From a virus, in IMG/VR virus record IMGVR_UViG_3300023179_000016, positions 64,001 through 128,000 of that record: DNA of 64,000 nt; one strand, written 5' to 3'. The translations under genes and the position numbers were made by a program. The notes beneath the pieces are model-generated. The model saw only the letters and a list, made by a program, of their open reading frames with translations, was not told the origin of the DNA and ran no database searches. The first letter of the stretch is position 1. Every line of letters starts with the position of its first letter. This document shows positions 58,654-64,000 of this stretch, piece after piece.

Positions 58654-58953
58654 ATGGCCAACATGGAATCTGTTAAAAAAGTGCTCAGTAAATCTTTTGT
58701 CGACAATCATGACAATATAAATGAAGATGTCGCCGGTGAATTAATAATTAAGGCAGAACAAAAGATTAAAGAAATTGAAGAAGAAAAGGCAGCCGATGAA
58801 AAGCTTATGGCGGCAAAACAAATAGTCAAAGATATCAATAGTGCATATACTAGCGCAGTAAAGTATGAACGGGCTAAAATATCGTTCTTGCTAGAAAAGA
58901 TCAATGAGATACAGACAGGTCAAGTAAACCCTAGTTCAGGCGCCAACTCTTGA
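58654..58953 (+). CDS. Hypothetical coiled-coil protein
   Basis: AGGAG RBS; 99 aa. Confidence 0.7.
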   Translation: MANMESVKKVLSKSFVDNHDNINEDVAGELIIKAEQKIKEIEEEKAADEKLMAAKQIVKDINSAYTSAVKYERAKISFLLEKINEIQTGQVNPSSGANS

Positions 58954-58974
58954 TATAATAATTAAGAGGTTAAT

Positions 58975-59334
58975 ATGAGTTTAAAAACAGATTATTTTGA
59001 TGGCTTAACTGGTTTACACCAAAAAGAGATTGATGCATTTAACGCCGGTGTTACATTCGTTAATGTAAGCAATCTCAGCACTATTAGTGCTGAGATGGTA
59101 AATGCTGCCTCTGCAGGTAAAACTTCTTTCGTGGTCAGCATTACTACGTCCTATTTACCTAATGTCTTAAGAGGCAGTAGAGGCGATAATCTAATCGCTA
59201 AATCTTATCTAGCGGGCGTAAGAAAGGCACTATCTGATCAATCCGTGTTTGAATACGAGTGTACTCCTACCCTAAATATCGCTGATCCTCTTAATGTTAA
59301 GATAGATCTAAATTTCAATTTTCAAACAACTTAA
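58975..59334 (+). CDS. Hypothetical protein
   Basis: TATAAT plus GAGG RBS; followed by a terminator. Confidence 0.7.
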   Translation: MSLKTDYFDGLTGLHQKEIDAFNAGVTFVNVSNLSTISAEMVNAASAGKTSFVVSITTSYLPNVLRGSRGDNLIAKSYLAGVRKALSDQSVFEYECTPTLNIADPLNVKIDLNFNFQTT

Positions 59335-59356
59335 TTTTTATATAAAATTTAATTAT

Positions 59357-59389
59357 AAAAGGCCGGCGCAATGCCGGCCTTTTCTTTTT
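59357..59389 (+). terminator. Rho-independent terminator
   Basis: AAAAGGCCGGC-gcaat-GCCGGCCTTTT followed by a T-tract. Confidence 0.8.
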
Positions 59390-59402
59390 GTATAATTCGT
59401 TC

Positions 59403-62400
59403 ATGTCATCCGGAAAAATAAATTATCTTTGGTTGGACGTCGAAACAACAGGTTTAGACTCTGTTAGAAATGACATTGTGCAACTTGCCTGTATACCTGT
59501 CATCGATGGGGTTGAAAATTCTCATTTTAATGAATACTGTCAGCCACATGATTGGTCTACCGTAGAAGATGGCGCAATAGCAGTTTCTGGTATCACAAGA
59601 GATCAATTAAAGACATTTCAAGACCCAAAATTACTAATCAGTAAACTAATATCATTCTTGCGTAAGTTTAATACTAAATTTACTATAGCAGGATACAACG
59701 TGTCTTTCGATAAAGACTTCCTTTCTTCTGCCTTTAAGAAGGCAAATAAAGAAAGAGAGTATTTTGAGCTATTCACTTCAGATGTAAGAGATACATACAA
59801 AAGGGCTAAAAGATTAAAGAGTCAATTACAGACGCAAAATCTAAAATTAGCCACATTAGCCAAACACTTTGATCTTCCAATACAAGCACACAACGCTATA
59901 TCGGACATTACTGCTACCATGAAGGTAGATAAGATATTAGCTAACATGCTTGGTGAGACTGAAATAAAAATAGATGACAGTTATGAAATAATTGATATAG
60001 AGTTGCCAGAACCTGCGCAACTCCATTGTCATTCAATGTTTAGCCATACAGACTCCCTTAACTCTGTCAAAGAGTGGGCAGAATGGTGCGAGACCAATAA
60101 AATACCAGGATTCTCAATAGTCGATCACGGAAATGCGACGTCTCTGTTTGATATGGTGCGGATCACTAATTCGGTTGTTGGTGTGCCGGGTTGCGGTATA
60201 CTTGTTAATCATAATAATTTTAAATTTTATTTAAATGCTTGGGCAACTTCTAACACTGGATACAGCAATATTTTAAAATTGGCCTCTATAGGTTGGTCAT
60301 CGAGAATAGAAGATTCTTCTATAGAGTTTCCAGTTGTTTCTTTAGAGCAGATCATAAAATATAAAAACGGCATTGTATTCGGTGTTCCTGGGGCAAACGG
60401 ACCAATTAAAGAATTGCTTATTTCTAGGCAGACTGAACAGGCTCAAGAAATAATAGAGATGTTAAATTCTAATCTTGATATTAGATTAGAATTAGCCGCA
60501 GTAAACATCCATCATTTCTTTGATTCGACTATAGGTTTTGTGGGATACAATGTCGATGGTGGAAATATACAAAAACATATAAATCAGTTCTATTACGACA
60601 TCGGAACTAAATTAGGCATCAAGCTGGTCCCTGTCACAGATGCCCATTTTATAAATAAAGAAGACAAGATAGTACAGGATTGCATATCCAAGAACTCCTA
60701 CAAAGACAATAGATATTTCTTTGAAAGTCGCCATCAGATAAAGTCTAGAGAGATGTATTCTATATTAAGATCTCATATAGGCGATTCATTTACTGTAGAA
60801 ATCTATAAACAGCTAGTATCTAACACTATAGATATAATTGAATTAGCTAGATCAATCAAGATAAAGCATGAATATCATTTACCAAATATTCAGATACCAG
60901 AAGAAATAAAGCAAAAAACATCTGATTATGGTCAGCAGTGCTATTACTACACCTTACAGAAGATAAAAGAACACGGTAGATGGAACAACTCTAAAGAGTA
61001 TGTTGAAAGATTTAAAAAAGAAATAGATGTTATTACTAAAAACGACACCCTCAACTTCCTACCGTACTTCCTCATATATGAAGATGTCTGTAGACACGCT
61101 AGATCTTCTGGTTTTTTACAGGGAATTGCGAGGGGGTCCGCCGGTGGATCACTATTAAGTTTTTATTTAAAGATAATTCACGTCGATCCTGTAAAGGCAA
61201 ATCTTCCCTTTGAAAGATTTTTAAGTAAGGCCAGAATCAGAGCCGGATCCTTTCCTGATATTGATCTTGATATCGCGGATAAGGCTAGATCATTGGTAAT
61301 GAAATTCTTAAAAGATAAATATGGTCTTGGTTTTGCTCAAATCTCTACCTTTAATAAAATGAAGACTAAAAATGCCATAAAGGACGCCATGTACGCTCTT
61401 TATGGCAGAAATCGCAACGACCCTGAAGTTAAAGCCGTATGCGATCAGATAGATGACAGCCCTCAAGGCGTCGACGAATATGATTTTTTGTATGGATATG
61501 CAGATCAAGAGGGAATAGAACATCAAGGCGAAATACAGAAGAAACAGATCTTAAAAAATTTCTTTGAGCAGCGCCCTGAAGTAGAGTCTATGGTTAAAAA
61601 ACTAATAGGTTCTATTAGAGGATGGTCCAGACACGCATCTGCATTCATCATATCTACCTTAGACCTATCGATGGATCGCGTGCCTACCATGATTATGGAC
61701 GATAAAGAATTGGGTGAAATATTGGTGACTCAATTCGATGCCTCTATGGTCGAAAAATCAGGTCTAGTAAAGGCGGACATATTAGGCATTAAAACGTTAA
61801 CTACTACTTCAGATGCCATAGAACTAATAAGACAAAATCACTCTATAGATCTATTAGCAGAAGACAATGGCGTCCCATTGGTATATAGACTGCCCGATAA
61901 AGATTCAGGTGTTTTCGCAGACTTTTATAATAAAGATACTGACTCTTCGTTCCAATTTAACACTGAATTAATTAAAGGGTACGCAAGAGAGTTTGCTCCA
62001 CTATGTAAAGCAGATTTGGCATCTATGACTTCACTTTGTAGACCTGGAGCACTTGATGCTCCACTATATGATACTACAGCAACTCAATATTACATGGATG
62101 TTAAGAATGGAAAAAGAGATATAGAGTATCTGCATGAAGACTTAAAACCCATATTAAAAGACTCCAATGGTGTCTTTCAGTATCAAGAAGAGGTCATGAA
62201 ATTCCTCGTGGATATAGTTGGATATTCATGGGAGGAATCTGACATGATCAGGTCTGCTATCGCCAAAAAGAAACATGAAGTCATCATGAACACTTTTTCT
62301 CGTATTAGGCAATCCTGTTCTGAGAGAGGTTGGGAACTAAATGCCATAGAGACTGTATGCCAACAGATCCAAGCCTTCTCCAGATACTCTTTTAACAAGA

Positions 62401-63359
62401 GTCACTCTTATGCATATGCTGAACTTGGATATATTACTTTATATTTAAAGCATCACTACCCGTTAGAGTGGTGGTGCAGCGTATTAAACAATGAAGATAA
62501 AGAGGACAAGATAAGAAAATATATCTCTTATCTAGGTGACAAGATAGCTGCACCTAGTCTTAAAAAACCAACTAATAAATTTACTATTTCTAATGGAAAA
62601 ATAGTTGCACCTATATCTGCTATAAAAGGAGTCGGTCCAGCAGTTGTCGCTGAAATAGTGAATAAAGGGCCATTTGAGTCAATAGATCATTTTATGTCGA
62701 TAATAGACCATACAAAGGTTAATATAGGCTCTATGAGCGCTTTAATAAAGGGTAGAGCGGCAGATACATTGATGGACGAATCGATAGACAACTATATTGA
62801 TAGAAGAAAAGCATTCATGAAAAGATATTCGTCTCTTAGAAAGAGTAAGACTAAGTTTAAAGACGAGATGTATGATCTAGACTCTATTAATATTTTCTTG
62901 CAAGAAAAAGAATATAACCAGGTATTTAATAAATCTCTGCTTTCTTTTTCTGAAATAACCGCTGTCCTACAAACAAGGTGGCCAGGATTAAAAAGAACTG
63001 GTAGAAAGGGAATACCTTTCTATATGCAGTCCAATGGCTCAAAAGAAACATATGTATTGGGCAGTATTAAGGTTGCAGAGGGTCTTTTAAAGAAAAACTT
63101 TGAAGATGATGTTGGTATCATACTATTGTTTGAATCTTCTAGCTACAGTAACGGCATTTCAAAGAAAAGTGGAAGACCTTGGCACAAGGTTTCCGTCATG
63201 TTGTCAGATGGATACAACGTAATGGAAGCTGTAATGTGGGACGTTAAAAAATCATTGGGGTGGAATAAAAATACAATAGTTTATGTTAGTGGAAAGTTGA
63301 AGCAAGGGTGGAAGACACCTATTAGTATAGATGTAAAAGAAATAACGAAAGTTGAATAA
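59403..63359 (+). CDS. dnaE: DNA polymerase III alpha (DnaE) with an N-terminal DEDDh 3'-5' exonuclease
   Basis: WLDVETTG/GYNVSFD/HNAISD exonuclease; LHCHS...DHG PHP; RGSAGGS; FPDIDLD; KADILG; YSFNKSH; IKGVG. Confidence 0.93.
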   Translation: MSSGKINYLWLDVETTGLDSVRNDIVQLACIPVIDGVENSHFNEYCQPHDWSTVEDGAIAVSGITRDQLKTFQDPKLLISKLISFLRKFNTKFTIAGYNVSFDKDFLSSAFKKANKEREYFELFTSDVRDTYKRAKRLKSQLQTQNLKLATLAKHFDLPIQAHNAISDITATMKVDKILANMLGETEIKIDDSYEIIDIELPEPAQLHCHSMFSHTDSLNSVKEWAEWCETNKIPGFSIVDHGNATSLFDMVRITNSVVGVPGCGILVNHNNFKFYLNAWATSNTGYSNILKLASIGWSSRIEDSSIEFPVVSLEQIIKYKNGIVFGVPGANGPIKELLISRQTEQAQEIIEMLNSNLDIRLELAAVNIHHFFDSTIGFVGYNVDGGNIQKHINQFYYDIGTKLGIKLVPVTDAHFINKEDKIVQDCISKNSYKDNRYFFESRHQIKSREMYSILRSHIGDSFTVEIYKQLVSNTIDIIELARSIKIKHEYHLPNIQIPEEIKQKTSDYGQQCYYYTLQKIKEHGRWNNSKEYVERFKKEIDVITKNDTLNFLPYFLIYEDVCRHARSSGFLQGIARGSAGGSLLSFYLKIIHVDPVKANLPFERFLSKARIRAGSFPDIDLDIADKARSLVMKFLKDKYGLGFAQISTFNKMKTKNAIKDAMYALYGRNRNDPEVKAVCDQIDDSPQGVDEYDFLYGYADQEGIEHQGEIQKKQILKNFFEQRPEVESMVKKLIGSIRGWSRHASAFIISTLDLSMDRVPTMIMDDKELGEILVTQFDASMVEKSGLVKADILGIKTLTTTSDAIELIRQNHSIDLLAEDNGVPLVYRLPDKDSGVFADFYNKDTDSSFQFNTELIKGYAREFAPLCKADLASMTSLCRPGALDAPLYDTTATQYYMDVKNGKRDIEYLHEDLKPILKDSNGVFQYQEEVMKFLVDIVGYSWEESDMIRSAIAKKKHEVIMNTFSRIRQSCSERGWELNAIETVCQQIQAFSRYSFNKSHSYAYAELGYITLYLKHHYPLEWWCSVLNNEDKEDKIRKYISYLGDKIAAPSLKKPTNKFTISNGKIVAPISAIKGVGPAVVAEIVNKGPFESIDHFMSIIDHTKVNIGSMSALIKGRAADTLMDESIDNYIDRRKAFMKRYSSLRKSKTKFKDEMYDLDSINIFLQEKEYNQVFNKSLLSFSEITAVLQTRWPGLKRTGRKGIPFYMQSNGSKETYVLGSIKVAEGLLKKNFEDDVGIILLFESSSYSNGISKKSGRPWHKVSVMLSDGYNVMEAVMWDVKKSLGWNKNTIVYVSGKLKQGWKTPISIDVKEITKVE

Positions 63360-63369
63360 AGGAAAAATT

Positions 63370-63888
63370 ATGGCTAAATTTCTAATTGTTAAAAATAAAC
63401 CAGAAGAGCTAAAAAAGGGCGAATATGTGATAGATGCACCCTCTTTCATGGAAGAGATTGTATCCAATAAAACTAAAGCACCTAAAAATGGTCTTACCGG
63501 CGCATATCATTTGCGAGTAATAGCAGACACCATAGCCCAAAACTATGATCCGGAAAACATGAACGGATTCTCCGTTAAAGTTCATTCCTATGAAGGAAGA
63601 CCTTTTGCTACCGATGAAGATCTCAATACAATAGTTGTAGAGATGCTAAAAGAATCTTGTCCGTCTGTGTTTTTGAAATACGTGGATAAAAAAATACGCA
63701 ATAGACCATTCGGGACTAACTTAGTTTATTATGTTGATTCAAATTTGAAAGGAGCATATGAACTGTTTTATAAACATGGATTATCTGACGCTAGAGAGGT
63801 AGAACCGGATACTCAAAAACTAAAAAAGACCGTAGGAAAACCTGCATTAACAAAAGAACAAGCTGAAGCTGTATTAAAACAATCTTAA
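63370..63888 (+). CDS. Hypothetical protein
   Basis: AAGGA RBS before ATG 63370, within track ORF 63352..63888. Confidence 0.7.
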   Translation: MAKFLIVKNKPEELKKGEYVIDAPSFMEEIVSNKTKAPKNGLTGAYHLRVIADTIAQNYDPENMNGFSVKVHSYEGRPFATDEDLNTIVVEMLKESCPSVFLKYVDKKIRNRPFGTNLVYYVDSNLKGAYELFYKHGLSDAREVEPDTQKLKKTVGKPALTKEQAEAVLKQS

Positions 63889-63954
63889 TAATTTTAAGGT
63901 ATAATCGGAATATGGCTAATTGCCATATAATCAATAACCTATGAAGGAATATCT

Positions 63955-64000
63955 ATGACTCCAGTTAATAAAATCAAAATCAATCTAGACTCTTTAAAAG
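63955..64000 (+). CDS. Start of a CDS truncated by the window end
   Basis: AAGGA RBS; MTPVNKIKINLDSLK, open to the edge. Confidence 0.55.
   Translation, partial: MTPVNKIKINLDSLK

Noticed and set aside
59403-63359. Intein or intron in DnaE
   Set aside because: The extra length is explained by the N-terminal exonuclease; no splice-junction or LAGLIDADG motifs were seen.
4020-63467. Numerous 60-145 aa antisense or nested ORFs in the track (e.g. 4020..4334, 13732..14115, 30034..30423, 33800..34237, 50294..50611)
   Set aside because: They lie opposite or within well-supported long genes and lack RBS, motifs or coupling.
1-64000. tRNA or rRNA genes
   Set aside because: Intergenic gaps are short and no cloverleaf or T-loop signature was recognised; tRNAscan-SE or Infernal would be needed to exclude them formally.

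Overview
The window is a 64 kb segment of a large, AT-rich contractile-tailed (myovirus-type) phage genome in the standard genetic code. The host is probably Gram-negative, but it cannot be determined from sequence. Layout: (i) 1-2.3 kb: a GC-richer, tightly overlapping array of about 12 micro-ORFs, most below the ORF-track cutoff, sharing one amphipathic-helix motif. (ii) 2.25-3.1 kb: two small paralogous 4-Cys proteins divergent from an A-type Fe-S carrier (IscA/HesB). (iii) 3.1-45.8 kb: neck and tail morphogenesis, with a His-rich Nudix protein, sheath, three tube paralogs, chaperones, tape measure, baseplate, a 2376-aa baseplate-J protein and several giant or mosaic fibre proteins. (iv) 45.8-64 kb: replication and accessory genes (primase, DnaB-type helicase, SF2 helicase, GH24 lysozyme, a candidate replication origin, dUTPase, a degenerate methyltransferase, a GroEL-like chaperonin, a spanin-like protein, SbcC/gp46, HNH, and a DnaQ-DnaE fusion polymerase). 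Many genes have a -10 hexamer 6 nt before the ATG, suggesting leaderless transcription. No capsid, terminase, tRNA, rRNA, CRISPR array or reverse transcriptase was seen. All product calls come from motif recognition and gene order, not database searches.
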